Shown one piece after another: positions 47,583-63,147 of a DNA stretch of 64,000 nt (positions are counted from its first letter, which is position 1; each line of letters starts with the position of its first letter). A program made the position numbers and the translations under genes. A model generated the notes under the pieces. The model had not been told where the DNA came from, did not search any database, and was given only the letters and a program-made list of their open reading frames with translations. This DNA comes from an uncultured Chloroflexia bacterium (GTDB lineage Bacteria > Chloroflexota > Limnocylindria > Limnocylindrales > CSP1-4), in NCBI GenBank assembly GCA_963788375.1, contig CAWBGT010000027.1:1168047-1232046 (forward strand), read 5' to 3'.

Positions 47583-48200
47583 GTGGCAAGCGCGGTCATC
47601 GAGCCCGTCGCGCGGCTGATCGAGGCGTTCGCGCGCCTCCCCGGGATCGGCCCCAAGACGGCCCAGCGGCTCACCTACCACCTGCTCCGGGCACCCGACG
47701 CCGAAGCGCGAGCCCTCGCCCGTGCCCTGATCGCCGTCCGCGACGAGGTGGTGTTCTGCGAGCGCTGCTTCAACATCAGCGACGCAGCGCTGTGCCCGAT
47801 CTGCCGGGATCCGGGTCGCGCCGACGACCAGCTGTGCGTGGTGGAGGAGCCACTGGACGTGCTGGCGATCGAGCGGACCGGGGAGATCCGGGGCCGGTAC
47901 CACGTGCTGCACGGGGCGATCAGCCCCATCGATGGCATCGGGCCCGAGCGCCTCAAGGTGCGCGAGCTCCTGGTCCGGGTGGACGAGGCCGCGATCGCGG
48001 GCAACCGGATCGAGGAGGTCATCATCGCCACCAACCCGACCCTCGAGGGCGAGGCGACCGCGATGTACCTGGGCGAGCGCCTGGAGGGACGCGTCGGGTC
48101 GGTCACCCGCATCGCCCGCGGCCTGCCCGTGGGCGGAGATCTCGAATACGCGGACGACGTCACGCTGATCCGCTCCTTCCAGGGACGGAGGGCCCTCTGA
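47583..48200 (+). CDS. recR: Recombination mediator RecR
   Basis: LPGIGPKTAQR, C4 zinc finger, YHVLHG, NPTLEGEATA, GGDLEYAD. Confidence 0.97.
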   Translation: MASAVIEPVARLIEAFARLPGIGPKTAQRLTYHLLRAPDAEARALARALIAVRDEVVFCERCFNISDAALCPICRDPGRADDQLCVVEEPLDVLAIERTGEIRGRYHVLHGAISPIDGIGPERLKVRELLVRVDEAAIAGNRIEEVIIATNPTLEGEATAMYLGERLEGRVGSVTRIARGLPVGGDLEYADDVTLIRSFQGRRAL

Positions 48201-48385
48201 TGCGCGAGCTCATCTTCGAAATCCTGCTGCGGTTCGGGAAGGCGCTGGCTGCCGCGCTCCTCGCGGCAGTCATCTGGCTGTTTGCCGTCGGAATCTTCGG
48301 AGCGGAAGGCTCCGTGCCCCTCGCCCTGCTGTCCTGGCTCAGCGGTGCGGCCTTCATCCTCCTCGTGGAGGAGAGCCCGATCTGA
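48200..48385 (+). CDS. Small two-TM hypothetical protein (61 aa)
   Basis: TGATG overlap with recR; GGAGGG RBS; hydrophobic sequence. Confidence 0.65.
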   Translation: MRELIFEILLRFGKALAAALLAAVIWLFAVGIFGAEGSVPLALLSWLSGAAFILLVEESPI

Positions 48386-48435
48386 CTCCCGGAAGAGGTC
48401 GAAGGCAGGCCGCTGGCGAGGCCGGAAGGAGGCGT

Positions 48436-48564
48436 TTGACAGGCCCGTCGACCCACCCTAACATCCGTCCTCGCGCCTCACGAGCCCGAGGCTCGCCGGC
48501 CTCCCGCCAAGCGGGGGACCACCCAGAACCCCTGTTTGACACGGGGGGCGAACTGCGCCAAACT
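48436..48564 (+). promoter_or_regulatory. Tandem rRNA promoters P1 and P2
   Basis: TTGACA-17-TAACAT (48436-48464) and TTGACA-17-CAAACT (48536-48564). Confidence 0.75.
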
Positions 48565-48601
48565 GGACAGTCCGCGCTCCGGGCGGTACTGGCCGGGCGC
48601 C

Positions 48602-48614
48602 GCACCTTAACAAT
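48602..48614 (+). promoter_or_regulatory. boxA-like antitermination element (repeated at ~50820 before 23S)
   Basis: GCACCTTAACAA found before both 16S and 23S. Confidence 0.6.
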
Positions 48615-48694
48615 TGAAGAGTGGTAGGAACTTCAGCACGAGAACGTGCCTGGACCAAGCTCTATGAGATTTGACTCGATCGCAAGATCGAGTT

Positions 48695-50189
<1,495 letters not shown>

Positions 50190-50418
50190 GGGAGATCCGA
50201 GTCAGGACCCTTACGGTGAGGTCCTGGCGTTGATGGCTCCCAGGTTGATCGCCCGATCGTTCGCATCTCTAGCCATGTGGGGTGCGCCGGCGCAAGCCGG
50301 AGATCGATCAGCGACATGGTGAGACACCGTAACCGGGCACGATCAGTCGGCCCTGTTCCTACCACTCTTCAAGGGTTACGGTGCGGCCACCGTGCCAGAC
50401 CGGTGATACCGGCAGTCA

Positions 50419-50495
50419 GGGCGCATAGCTCAGCTGGTTAGAGCGCGGCCCTGATAAGGCCGAGGTCCCTGGTTCGAGTCCAGGTGCGCCCACCA
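50419..50495 (+). tRNA. tRNA-Ile(GAU)
   Basis: CT-GAT-AA anticodon loop; in the 16S-23S spacer. Confidence 0.97.
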
Positions 50496-50517
50496 CTTCC
50501 CGCCGACCACGTGTCAC

Positions 50518-50593
50518 GGGGACGTAGCTCAGCTGGCAGAGCATCTCCTTTGCAAGGAGAGGGTCAGGAGTTCGAGTCTCCTCGTCTCCACCA
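50518..50593 (+). tRNA. tRNA-Ala(UGC)
   Basis: TT-TGC-AA loop; G3:U70 pair. Confidence 0.97.
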
Positions 50594-50980
50594 CCTCTCG
50601 GCCGGCAACACAACATCACGAATAGCTCGGGTCCACCCGAGATCCCGGATCCAACACCGCGAAGGACGACGGTTCGCAGGCAGGTCCTCGAACCGTCGAC
50701 TCACGTCCGGATCCACGACCACCATCCCCTGATCCGTGCGCTTGGCAGCAAGCCCACCGACCAGCGGATCGCTGGGGCGACCTGGAGCCTGGCTCCTGAC
50801 GCCGGACCGCTTCGGCGGTGCACCTTAACAACTGGATAGATGACGGCAGTAAAGAAGATCAAGACGCCTGTCGGCCGGAAGGTCGAAAGGTGTTCTGGGA
50901 TCATGATTTCGCCGTGAAATCAAGGAGAACCCCGATCACGATCCCGTCCCGCACTGACCACCCGGTCAGATGCTGGCGGA

Positions 50981-54038
<3,058 letters not shown>

Positions 54039-54172
54039 CTATACCAGCACCTGACCAGGGGTCAGCGTGCCGGGAGGTCGGGGTCTCCAAGGCGATCGTG
54101 ATCCTCGATCGATGGCGCCCTCGTCGCAGTTGCGACGCAGGTCGCTTGCCGTCATCTACCAGATGCATACGA

Positions 54173-54290
<118 letters not shown>

Positions 54291-54374
54291 TTGTTGCATT
54301 TAAGGCGGTCGCGCCCCGGGGTCTCCCGGGCGTCCCTGGACCCCTGGCCCGGCGATGGCGCTATCCTCAGGGTG

Positions 54375-55259
54375 ATGACGCTCACGGGCGACGATGCCAT
54401 CCATCCGCAGCCTGACGATGCACCCGGGACAGTCCGTGCAACCGGGATCGTCTCCCGTCCCGGCGTCCCGGGAAGCGTGGTCCACCGGGCCTGTCCATAC
54501 CTCCTCGCCGGCGATGGCTCCTGGCGCACGCTGGTTCCGGCGCGGGAACAGCGCTGCGGGGCCACGCAGCCGGCATCGCCGCTCACCATCGCCAAGCAGC
54601 GGGATCTGTGCACGCAGGACGTGCACCGCGGTTGCGCCACGTTCGTGGCCGCCCGCGAGCTCGAGCAAGGCTCGTCCGGCCGGCCAGAAGGCGCGTCCGA
54701 TGGCCTCTGGCCGCCGACGCTGGGCGCCGTGCTGGCGGTCGAGCCGGCGCGCGGTGCCGTCTCCGGGTCTGGGTCCGTTCGCGCGGGCGGCCAGGCGCTG
54801 CTGATCGGCCTGATGGTGCTGGCGTTCCTGGTCCTGGTCATCGCCCGCACGGCCCCACCGTCGGCGACAGGGGGCGCGACGCCGCTGGTCGCGGGCGGCG
54901 CTCCGGCGCCGACCTCGACACCCGCCCCCAGCACTCAAGGTGAGGGGTCTCCGGCGGTCGACGTCTCCCCCCCCGGCTTGGTCGAGCCTTCTGCAGCGCC
55001 GCCGTCGAAGGCCTCGCCGTCCCCGACGGCCTCGAGCGCCACCCCTTCCCTGCCCCCTGCTTCCCCGGCGGCCACCCCGACGGCTCCACCCACGCCGGCT
55101 GCCAGCCCGTCGGGGCAGGTGCGCTACGTCGTGAAGTCAGGTGACAGCCTCAGCTCGATCGCGACGAAGTTCAACACGACCGTCCGCAAGCTCAAGGTGG
55201 CCAACCAGATCAAGGACGCAAGCCTGATCCGGGTGGGGCAGGTGCTGATCATTCCCTGA
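54375..55259 (+). CDS. Membrane-anchored LysM protein with a Cys-rich N-terminal domain
   Basis: C-terminal YVVKSGDSLSSIA...LIRVGQVLIIP; one TM; Pro/Ser/Thr linker. Confidence 0.85.
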   Translation: MTLTGDDAIHPQPDDAPGTVRATGIVSRPGVPGSVVHRACPYLLAGDGSWRTLVPAREQRCGATQPASPLTIAKQRDLCTQDVHRGCATFVAARELEQGSSGRPEGASDGLWPPTLGAVLAVEPARGAVSGSGSVRAGGQALLIGLMVLAFLVLVIARTAPPSATGGATPLVAGGAPAPTSTPAPSTQGEGSPAVDVSPPGLVEPSAAPPSKASPSPTASSATPSLPPASPAATPTAPPTPAASPSGQVRYVVKSGDSLSSIATKFNTTVRKLKVANQIKDASLIRVGQVLIIP

Positions 55260-55289
55260 GCGGGAACGTCCGCCCAGGACGACGGGCGG

Positions 55290-56171
55290 CTAGCGCTGGC
55301 ATCCCCGGCAGAATCCGGTCGGGAACCCACCGGCCTTCACGACGGTCACACGCCCCCCACAGCGCAAGCATGGCAGGCCGCCGCGGTTGTGGACCGCCAG
55401 GTGGTCGCGGACCTGCTTCTCAAACGTCGGGGGGACTCGCCTGCGCAGGAGGTCGATGGACGAGACCAGCGTCTCGCGCATCGCAGCGTAGAGGGCGTCG
55501 ACCTCCTCCGGCGCGAGCGAGGAGCGCTTCCTGAAGGGAAGGAGGCGGGCTGCGAACAGGATCTCATCGGAGTAGGCGTTGCCGATCCCTGCCACGAACA
55601 CCTGGTTGCGGAGCAGGCTCTTGAGCTCGCCGGGGTGCCTTCGTATCCGCTCCCGCCACGCCTCGAGCGTGAGGCTGGGATCCATGGCGTCCGGGCCCAT
55701 CTCGCCCGGGCCGCGACCGGGGAGCGGCCGCTCCACGCCGGCCGGGAGCAGGTAGACCTTGCCCATCTGGGTGGGATCGCGGTAGCGCAGGATCACCGTC
55801 GCCTCGTCCGCGGGAGCCCAGGCGGCGCCGGCGGTCCATGGAGCCGCGTCGTGCGGACCGTCCCGACTGCGCCTGGGGCTGAGGACCAGTTCCACGGCCG
55901 TCCCCGCGGGCGCCTTCTCGCCGTGGCCGGCGAGCTGCAGGCGACCGGTTAGCATCGGGTTCAGGACGATTCGATCGCGATTCAGGTCGACATCGAGAAA
56001 CTTGCCCACGCGCGCGACGCGCACGACCCCCTGGCCGCGGAGCGCCTCCAGCTCACCGGGCGTGCCCCGGATGGCGAGCGGCATCAGGGCCCGCGCGTCC
56101 GTGATCCGGCGGCCGACGAGCGCGGCATGGAGCGCATCGGCGACAACAGCGAGATCGGGCAATTCGGGCAC
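55290..56171 (-). CDS. Fpg/Nei family DNA glycosylase
   Basis: N-terminal PELPD, GKFL, AGIGNAYSDEIL (H2TH), C4 zinc finger. Confidence 0.9.
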   Translation of the reverse strand: MPELPDLAVVADALHAALVGRRITDARALMPLAIRGTPGELEALRGQGVVRVARVGKFLDVDLNRDRIVLNPMLTGRLQLAGHGEKAPAGTAVELVLSPRRSRDGPHDAAPWTAGAAWAPADEATVILRYRDPTQMGKVYLLPAGVERPLPGRGPGEMGPDAMDPSLTLEAWRERIRRHPGELKSLLRNQVFVAGIGNAYSDEILFAARLLPFRKRSSLAPEEVDALYAAMRETLVSSIDLLRRRVPPTFEKQVRDHLAVHNRGGLPCLRCGGRVTVVKAGGFPTGFCRGCQR

Positions 56172-56387
56172 GGGCGGCGATTGTACCCGTGCAACAGGGG
56201 TGCTAGACTCGCCCGGCCCATGGGCACGGACAGTTGAAGAGCAACGTTCCAGGACTCGTTTGAGCGCGAAGGAGCGGACCGCCGGCCACGTCACCACGAT
56301 CCATTCCCTCTCCTCGACGGCCCCGGGGCGCGCTCCGCGGCCGTTCGTGATTCCGGGGCGAAATCCACGATAGGAGACAGGATCACC

Positions 56388-58826
56388 TTGACCGACGAGC
56401 AGCAGGGCGGGACCGCGCCGGCACCGGAGGCGGTCGCCTCCGGCAATTCTCCGGCGTCCGAGGAGACCGTCGTGGCGACCACCGCCGCCGACGAGCCCGC
56501 CCCCGAGACCGCCGCCACCGAATCCCCCGAGACGTCCGCGCCGGAGGCAGCCGACGAGCCCGCCCCCGAGACGGCCGAGGCCGCAGCCCCGGAGGCCGCA
56601 GCCCCGGAGGCCGCAGCACCGGAGGCCGCAGCACCGGAAGCCGCTGCACCGGAGGCCGTCGGCGAGGACGACGCCTCAGACGCGCCGCCCGCCGGGGACG
56701 AGGAGGAGGACGACGAACCGGCGCCGGTCGTCCGCCCGGCGGGTCCTGAGCCCACGACGATGGAGGAGCTGCTCGCCGAGCAGGACACCGACATCAAGAG
56801 CTTCAAGCACGGCGACGTAGTCGAAGGCACGGTCGTCCGGATCGACAAGGACGAGATCCTGGTCGACATCGGCGCCAAGTCCGAGGGCGTGGTCAGCAAC
56901 CGGGAGCTCTTCGGCCGCCACGGCGAGTCGCAGCCGGAGCTCAACATCGGCGACGTCGTCCTGGTCTACGTCCTCCAGCCGGAGTCGCCCGAGGGCCATG
57001 TCGTCCTCTCGCTCCGCCGCGCCGGGCTCGAGCGCAAGTGGCGCGCGATGCAGGAGCAGTTCGAGGCCGGGACCATCATCGACGCCCCCGTCATCGACCA
57101 CAACAAGGGTGGCCTGATCGTCGACTGCGGGATCCGTGGCTTCGTGCCGATCAGCCAGATCGTGGACTTCCCGCGCCGGCCGCAGAACGAGCAGCCGCGG
57201 GACGCCGCCCAGGAGATCGCCGAGAAGCTGCAGCCGTACATCGGCCGCAAGCTGCGGCTCAAGATCCTGGAGGTCAACCGCAAGGCCAACCGCCTGATCC
57301 TGTCCGAGAAGGTCGCGCTCTACGAGGAGCGCCGCGAGAAGCGGGACGAGCTGTTCAGCAGCCTGCTGGTCGGCCAGAAGGTCACGGGCAGCGTGCGCTC
57401 GATCGCCCCGTTCGGCATCTTCATCGATCTCGGTGGCATCGACGGGCTCGTCCACAAGAGCGAGCTCTCGTGGAACAAGGTCAACAACCCGGAGTCCGGC
57501 TACAAGGTCGGTGAAGAGGTCGAGGCCGAGGTCATCGACATCAACCACGAGCGAGGCAGGATCAGCCTGTCGATCCGGCGCCTCCAGCCTGATCCGTGGG
57601 AGTCGACCGTCGCGGACTTCAAGGTCGGCGACGTCATCGACGGCACCGTCACCAAGCTCGTGAACTTCGGCGCGTTCGTCCGCGTCCGCGAGGGCCTCGA
57701 GGGCCTGATCCACATCAGCGAGCTGAGCCACCAGCGCGTGGCCCATCCGGGCGACGTCGTCCACGAGGGGCAGGTCCTCAAGCTCAAGATCATCAGCCTG
57801 GACTCCGAGCGTCATCGCCTGGGGCTCAGCCTCAAGCAGGCCGAGGAGCCGCCGGTCCGCTCCATGCCCGAGCCCGGCTCGACGCCGGCTCCGGCCGGCG
57901 AGCGCCGCGAACGGCGCGAGCGCCGAGAGCGTCCGGACCGCGGGTACGCGCCCGCGGACACGCATTCGGAGCCGGAAGGCGGGATCGACACGACCCTCGC
58001 CGCCGCCTTCGCCCAGGTGCGCAGCCAGCTGGCCGCCGCCGAGGCGGGTGATGGCGAGCCTGGCGCCGCCGAGGCTGTCGCCCAGGCAGAGGTGGTCATC
58101 GCGGCCGCCGAGGACGCCGAAGCCGATGCCATCGAGACGGCGATCGAGGCCGAGGCCGTCGTCGAGGCTGCCGAAGCGATCGAGGCCGAGGCCGTCGTCG
58201 AGGCCGTCGTGGCCGAGGAGATCGTCGCGGCCGCCGAGAACGCCGAAGCCGATGCCATCGAGACGGCGATCGAGGCCGAGGCCGTCGTCGAGGCGATCGA
58301 GGACATCGAAGCCGAGGCCATCGTCGAAGCTGACGAGGCCGAGGTGGTCATCGAGGCCGCCCAGGACGCCCAGGCCGATGCGGTCGCCAAGGCCGTCGAG
58401 GCCGAGAAGTACATCGATGCCGTCGAGGCCGGTGGCGTCTCCGACCCCGTGGAGGCCGAGGCCCTGCTCGAGGCCGCCGAGGCTGACGAGGCAGAGGCAA
58501 TCGCGGAAGCGGTCGAGGCCGAGGAGATCATCGAGGCGGCCGAGGACGCCCAGGCGGATGCGGTGGCCGAGGCTGTCGAGGCCGAGGAGCTGATCGAGGC
58601 TGTCGAGGCCGTCGAGGCCGAGGCGGTTGCCGAGGCGATCGAGGACGAAGCCGTCGTCGAGGCCGTTGAGGCCATCGAGGTCGAGGCCATCGCGGAGGCG
58701 GTCGAGGCCGAAGCGATCGTCGAGATCGCGGAAGCGGTCGAGGCCGAGGCAGTCTCCGAAGCACTCGAGGCCGAAGCCGTCGTCGAGGCCGCCGAAGCGC
58801 TCGAGGCCGAGGTCGAGAAGGCCTGA
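56388..58826 (+). CDS. rpsA: Ribosomal protein bS1 (about 4 S1 domains) with long acidic N- and C-terminal extensions
   Basis: VDIGAKSEG, GFVPISQ, IDGLVHKSELSW, LEGLIHISELSH, RLGLSLKQ. Confidence 0.9.
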   Translation: MTDEQQGGTAPAPEAVASGNSPASEETVVATTAADEPAPETAATESPETSAPEAADEPAPETAEAAAPEAAAPEAAAPEAAAPEAAAPEAVGEDDASDAPPAGDEEEDDEPAPVVRPAGPEPTTMEELLAEQDTDIKSFKHGDVVEGTVVRIDKDEILVDIGAKSEGVVSNRELFGRHGESQPELNIGDVVLVYVLQPESPEGHVVLSLRRAGLERKWRAMQEQFEAGTIIDAPVIDHNKGGLIVDCGIRGFVPISQIVDFPRRPQNEQPRDAAQEIAEKLQPYIGRKLRLKILEVNRKANRLILSEKVALYEERREKRDELFSSLLVGQKVTGSVRSIAPFGIFIDLGGIDGLVHKSELSWNKVNNPESGYKVGEEVEAEVIDINHERGRISLSIRRLQPDPWESTVADFKVGDVIDGTVTKLVNFGAFVRVREGLEGLIHISELSHQRVAHPGDVVHEGQVLKLKIISLDSERHRLGLSLKQAEEPPVRSMPEPGSTPAPAGERRERRERRERPDRGYAPADTHSEPEGGIDTTLAAAFAQVRSQLAAAEAGDGEPGAAEAVAQAEVVIAAAEDAEADAIETAIEAEAVVEAAEAIEAEAVVEAVVAEEIVAAAENAEADAIETAIEAEAVVEAIEDIEAEAIVEADEAEVVIEAAQDAQADAVAKAVEAEKYIDAVEAGGVSDPVEAEALLEAAEADEAEAIAEAVEAEEIIEAAEDAQADAVAEAVEAEELIEAVEAVEAEAVAEAIEDEAVVEAVEAIEVEAIAEAVEAEAIVEIAEAVEAEAVSEALEAEAVVEAAEALEAEVEKA
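56577..56657 (+). repeat. 15-bp tandem repeat (about 5 copies) encoding EAAAP
   Basis: GAGGCCGCAGCCCCG / GAGGCCGCAGCACCG units. Confidence 0.9.
58070..58820 (+). repeat. Degenerate coding repeats (EAEAVVEA, AAEDAEADAI) in the rpsA tail
   Basis: Recurrent ATCGAGGCCGAGGCCGTCGTCGAG and GCCGCCGAGGACGCC blocks. Confidence 0.85.
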
Positions 58827-59085
58827 CGCGGGGGAGCGCCTGCTCCCGCCAGCCACGAACCGAGCACAGGCACGGCCCGCCGGTCCCCGGCGGGCCGTTT
58901 CGATTCCGGTACGCGGATCGAGCCGGGGACACATCCAGTCGCTGTCAGGGAGGCGCCCGCGCGGCGGGTGCCGCGACGGCGCCGGGCGCTGCCGCGCGCC
59001 TGGAGAGGCCAGCATTGCCCTCGGGGATCAGGTGCTAGGATGGCCGTCAGGTCGCCTCCGCGACCAGGGAGACGAGTTCGACCGG

Positions 59086-61560
59086 ATGGATCGCTTCGAC
59101 AAGTTCACGGATCGCGCGCGCAAGGTGCTGACGCTTGCGCAGGACGAGGCGCAGCGGTTCAACCACAACTACATCGGCACCGAGCATCTGCTGCTCGGCC
59201 TCGTCCGCGAGGGCGAGGGCGTCGCCGCCCGCGTGCTCGAGAACATGAACGTCGAGCTCGCCAAGGTGCGGACGGCCGTGGAGTTCATCATCGGCCGCGG
59301 GGACCGGCCCGTCGTCGGCGAGGTGGGGCTCACGCCGCGGGCCAAGCGCGTTATCGAGCTGGCCATCGACGAAGCCCGCCGCCTGGGCCACAACTACATC
59401 GGCACCGAGCACCTGCTGCTGGGCCTCGTGCGCGAGGGCGAGGGCATCGCGGCTGGCGTGCTGGAGAGCCTTGGCGTGAACCTGGACAAGGTCCGCCATG
59501 AGGTCATCCGCGTCCTGTCCCAGTCCTCCTCGGCCGGACCCGCCCAGGAGACGAAGCGGGCGAGCAAGACGCCGACCGTCGATGCCCTGGGTATCAACCT
59601 CACGGATGCCGCGCGAGCCGACAAGCTCGATCCGGTCATCGGCCGGGAGAAGGAGATCGAGCGGGTCATCCAGATCCTGGGCCGCAAGACCAAGAACAAC
59701 CCGGCCCTGATCGGGGAGCCTGGCGTCGGCAAGACCGCCATCGCGGAGGGGCTGGCCCATCGCATCGTGGCCGGCGACGTGCCCGACATCCTGCTCAACA
59801 AGCGCGTCCTGACCCTGGACATCGGATCGCTCGTCGCCGGCACGAAGTACCGCGGCGAGTTTGAGGAGCGCCTCAAGAAGATCATCGAGGAGCTCCGCAA
59901 CACCAGCGACGCGATCCTGTTCATCGACGAGCTGCACACCCTCGTGGGAGCGGGCGCCGCCGAGGGCGCGATCGACGCGGCGAACATTCTCAAGCCCCCG
60001 CTCTCGCGCGGCGAGCTGCAGTGCATCGGGGCCACGACGCTCGACGAGTACCGCAAGTACATCGAGAAGGACGCGGCCCTGGAGCGGCGCTTCCAGCCGG
60101 TCATGGTCGAGGAGCCCACGCTCGAGCAGACGATCGAGATCCTGCTTGGGATCCGGGAGCGCTACGAGCAGCACCACAAGGTCACCATCACCGACGACGC
60201 CGTCCGCGCGGCCGCCGACCTCTCGATCCGGTACATCACGGACCGCCATCTTCCCGACAAGGCCATCGACCTGATCGACGAGGCCTCGAGCCGCGTCCGC
60301 CTCCGCCACTCGTCCGCCCCGCCGGAGCTGCGCGCCGCGCAGAAGGAGCTGGACCGGATCACGAAGGAGAAGGACGCGGCCATCAACGCCCAGGAGTACG
60401 AGCAGGCCGCGACGCTGCGCGAGGCGGAGGCCGGCTCCCGCGAGCAGGTCGACGAGATGCGCGCGGCGTGGCAGTCCTCCGTCTCGGGTGAGCCGCCGAA
60501 GGTGGACGACGAGGAGATCGCCCAGGTCGTCGCGATGTGGACCGGGATCCCGGTCACCCGCATCGCACAGGAGGAGTCGGAGCGGCTGCTCAAGATGGAG
60601 GAGGTCCTCCACGGCCGCCTGATCGGGCAGGAGGAGGCGATTGAGACCGTCTCCCGTGCGGTACGCCGCGCCCGGGCGGGCCTCAAGGATCCCAAGCGCC
60701 CTATCGGCTCGTTCGTGTTCCTCGGTCCCACCGGGGTCGGCAAGACGGAGCTCGCCAAGGCCCTCGCGGAGTTCATGTTCGGCTCCGAGGACACGCTCAT
60801 CAAGATCGACATGAGCGAGTTCATGGAGCGCCACAACGTGAGCCGCCTCGTCGGCGCGCCGCCAGGCTACGTCGGGTTCGACGAGGGCGGCCAGCTGACC
60901 GAGGCCGTGCGCCGCAAGAGCTACGCCGTGATCCTGCTCGACGAGATCGAGAAGGCCCACGCCGAGGTGTTCAACATCCTGCTCCAGATCATGGAGGACG
61001 GGCACCTCACGGACGCGAAGGGCCGCCGGGTGGACTTCCGGAACACGATCATCATCATGACCTCCAACCTCGGGGCAGCGAAGATCCAGACCAACTCCAG
61101 TCTCGGGTTCCGACAGCAGGGCGACACGGTCGAGACGCGGGCCACGGCCTCGTACGACCTGATGAAGGAGAAGGTCCAGGCCGAGCTGAAGTCGAACTTC
61201 CGCCCGGAGTTCCTCAACCGCATCGATGCGACGGTCGTCTTCCGGAGCCTGACGGTGGAGGAGATCGCGAAGATCGTGGACCTCATGCTCAAGCGGGTGC
61301 GGGACCAGCTGAAGGCCCAGGGCATGGGGCTCGAGATCACGCAGGCAGCCAAGGAGCACATCATCCGGCTGGGCTACAACGTCGCGTACGGTGCCCGTCC
61401 GCTGCGCAGGACGATCCAGAACCTGATCGAGGACCCGCTCGCCGAGCACCTGCTCCTGGGCCGCTACCGGGATGGCGACGCCATCGTGGTCGACCTGGAT
61501 CCCGACGGCAAGGGTCTCTCGATCAGCGTCACCGAGGCAAAGACCCCGGTCGAAGCCTGA
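59086..61560 (+). CDS. clpC: ATP-dependent Clp protease ATPase subunit ClpC
   Basis: Two Clp_N repeats ([13 protein letters not shown]), [11 protein letters not shown]-type middle domain, [11 protein letters not shown] loop, GARPLRR. Confidence 0.96.
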   Translation: MDRFDKFTDRARKVLTLAQDEAQRFNHNYIGTEHLLLGLVREGEGVAARVLENMNVELAKVRTAVEFIIGRGDRPVVGEVGLTPRAKRVIELAIDEARRLGHNYIGTEHLLLGLVREGEGIAAGVLESLGVNLDKVRHEVIRVLSQSSSAGPAQETKRASKTPTVDALGINLTDAARADKLDPVIGREKEIERVIQILGRKTKNNPALIGEPGVGKTAIAEGLAHRIVAGDVPDILLNKRVLTLDIGSLVAGTKYRGEFEERLKKIIEELRNTSDAILFIDELHTLVGAGAAEGAIDAANILKPPLSRGELQCIGATTLDEYRKYIEKDAALERRFQPVMVEEPTLEQTIEILLGIRERYEQHHKVTITDDAVRAAADLSIRYITDRHLPDKAIDLIDEASSRVRLRHSSAPPELRAAQKELDRITKEKDAAINAQEYEQAATLREAEAGSREQVDEMRAAWQSSVSGEPPKVDDEEIAQVVAMWTGIPVTRIAQEESERLLKMEEVLHGRLIGQEEAIETVSRAVRRARAGLKDPKRPIGSFVFLGPTGVGKTELAKALAEFMFGSEDTLIKIDMSEFMERHNVSRLVGAPPGYVGFDEGGQLTEAVRRKSYAVILLDEIEKAHAEVFNILLQIMEDGHLTDAKGRRVDFRNTIIIMTSNLGAAKIQTNSSLGFRQQGDTVETRATASYDLMKEKVQAELKSNFRPEFLNRIDATVVFRSLTVEEIAKIVDLMLKRVRDQLKAQGMGLEITQAAKEHIIRLGYNVAYGARPLRRTIQNLIEDPLAEHLLLGRYRDGDAIVVDLDPDGKGLSISVTEAKTPVEA

Positions 61561-61581
61561 CGATCGGGCCGAGCGCCGCCG

Positions 61582-62985
61582 GTGGCCCGTAGCCAGAGCC
61601 GCTTCATCTGCCAGTCGTGCGGTGCGTCAGTGTTGCGCTGGGAGGGCCAGTGCCGCACCTGTGGTGAGTGGAACACGCTCGTCGAAACCGTCGTCCGCGA
61701 TGCCTCGCGCCCCCGGTCAACCACGCCGTCACCCGCCGGATCGGCCCCGGTCCCGCTGAGCCAGGCCGGCGAGGGCGATGCCGAGGTCCGCCGGCCCGTC
61801 GGGATCGGCGAGCTCGACCGGGTCCTGGGTGGAGGCCTGGTCGCGGGGTCGGTGGTGCTGTTGGGCGGCGAGCCGGGGATCGGCAAGTCCACCCTCCTGC
61901 TCCAGGTGGCGGCGGGAGTTGCGCGGGACGGGGCGACGGTCCTCTACGCGACGGGCGAGGAATCGACCGGCCAGGTGCGGCTGCGGGCATCGCGCCTGGG
62001 CCTTGCCAGCGGGCCCGTCCCGGACGCCATCCGCGTGGTCGCCGAGACGGGTGTGGGCCGCATCCTGGACCTGGCCCGGGAGGGCCGGCCGGGCCTGCTG
62101 GTCGTTGACTCCGTGCAGACGGTGGCCTCCGAGGAGCTTGACGGCCCGCCGGGTTCGGTCGGCCAGGTTCGCGAGGCGACCCTGCGCCTGATGGAGGTCG
62201 CCAAAGGGGAGGGCATCCCCGTCGTCCTGGTGGGTCACGTGACCAAGGATGGGACGCTGGCCGGCCCGAAGACCCTGGAGCACCTCGTCGACGTGGTGCT
62301 CTCCATCGAGGGCGATCGGACCGGTGGCCTGCGGATCCTGCGCGCCACCAAGAACCGCTTCGGCTCCACGGAGGAGGTCGGCGTGTTCGAGATGGGAGAG
62401 CGAGGGCTTGCGGAGGTCGCGGATCCCGCCCGAGCCTTCCTGGCGGAGCACGACGCACCGGCGCCGGGGAGCGTGGTGGCACCCGTGCTGGAGGGCTCCC
62501 GGCCGCTGCTGGTGGAGGTCCAGGCACTCGTCGCGCCGACCGCAGCACCGTCGCCCCGGCGGACGGCATCGGGCGTGGATCCCAACCGGCTCGCGCTGCT
62601 GATCGCGGTGCTGGGCCGGCGTGCCGGGATCGGCCTCGGCGCACACGACGTGTACGCCAACCTGGCCGGCGGGCTGTCGGTCACCGAGCCAGGCCTGGAC
62701 CTGCCCCTTGCGCTCGCCCTCGCGTCCTCGCTGCGGGACCAGCCCCTGGTGCCTGGAACCGTCGCCGTCGGCGAGGTTGGCCTGCTGGGCGAGCTTCGCT
62801 CGGTTGGCGGCCTCGATCGCCGGCTGCGCGAGGCGGCCCGATTGGGGTTCACCCGGGCTGTGGTGCCGCGGGCACCGGCGCGCGGTGCGGCGCGTGCCCC
62901 GGTGATCGAGGTCGTGGAGGTCGGCACCCTGGCCGACGCCGTGCTCGCGTCCATCGGGGCCTCCGCCGGTGGCCGGCGCAGGTGA
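61582..62985 (+). CDS. radA: DNA repair protein RadA/Sms
   Basis: C4 zinc finger, GEPGIGKST, KNRFG, Lon-like C-terminus. Confidence 0.97.
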   Translation: MARSQSRFICQSCGASVLRWEGQCRTCGEWNTLVETVVRDASRPRSTTPSPAGSAPVPLSQAGEGDAEVRRPVGIGELDRVLGGGLVAGSVVLLGGEPGIGKSTLLLQVAAGVARDGATVLYATGEESTGQVRLRASRLGLASGPVPDAIRVVAETGVGRILDLAREGRPGLLVVDSVQTVASEELDGPPGSVGQVREATLRLMEVAKGEGIPVVLVGHVTKDGTLAGPKTLEHLVDVVLSIEGDRTGGLRILRATKNRFGSTEEVGVFEMGERGLAEVADPARAFLAEHDAPAPGSVVAPVLEGSRPLLVEVQALVAPTAAPSPRRTASGVDPNRLALLIAVLGRRAGIGLGAHDVYANLAGGLSVTEPGLDLPLALALASSLRDQPLVPGTVAVGEVGLLGELRSVGGLDRRLREAARLGFTRAVVPRAPARGAARAPVIEVVEVGTLADAVLASIGASAGGRRR

Positions 62986-63147
62986 GCCGGGCGGCACGAC
63001 GGGGCGTGCCGGAATCCACCTGACCCGGAGGTACTGCCCAGTGCGCGGACGCACGGCTCGCTGCGGGGCCGCGCTGCCGCGTGCTAGGCTCGGCGGGCCT
63101 CGCGCCCATCTCGCGCGCGGGCGCGACATCCAGCATCGAGGACCAGC

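Noticed and set aside
56577-58820. Repeats in rpsA as a CRISPR array
   Set aside because: They are in-frame degenerate coding repeats without unique spacers, and no cas genes are present
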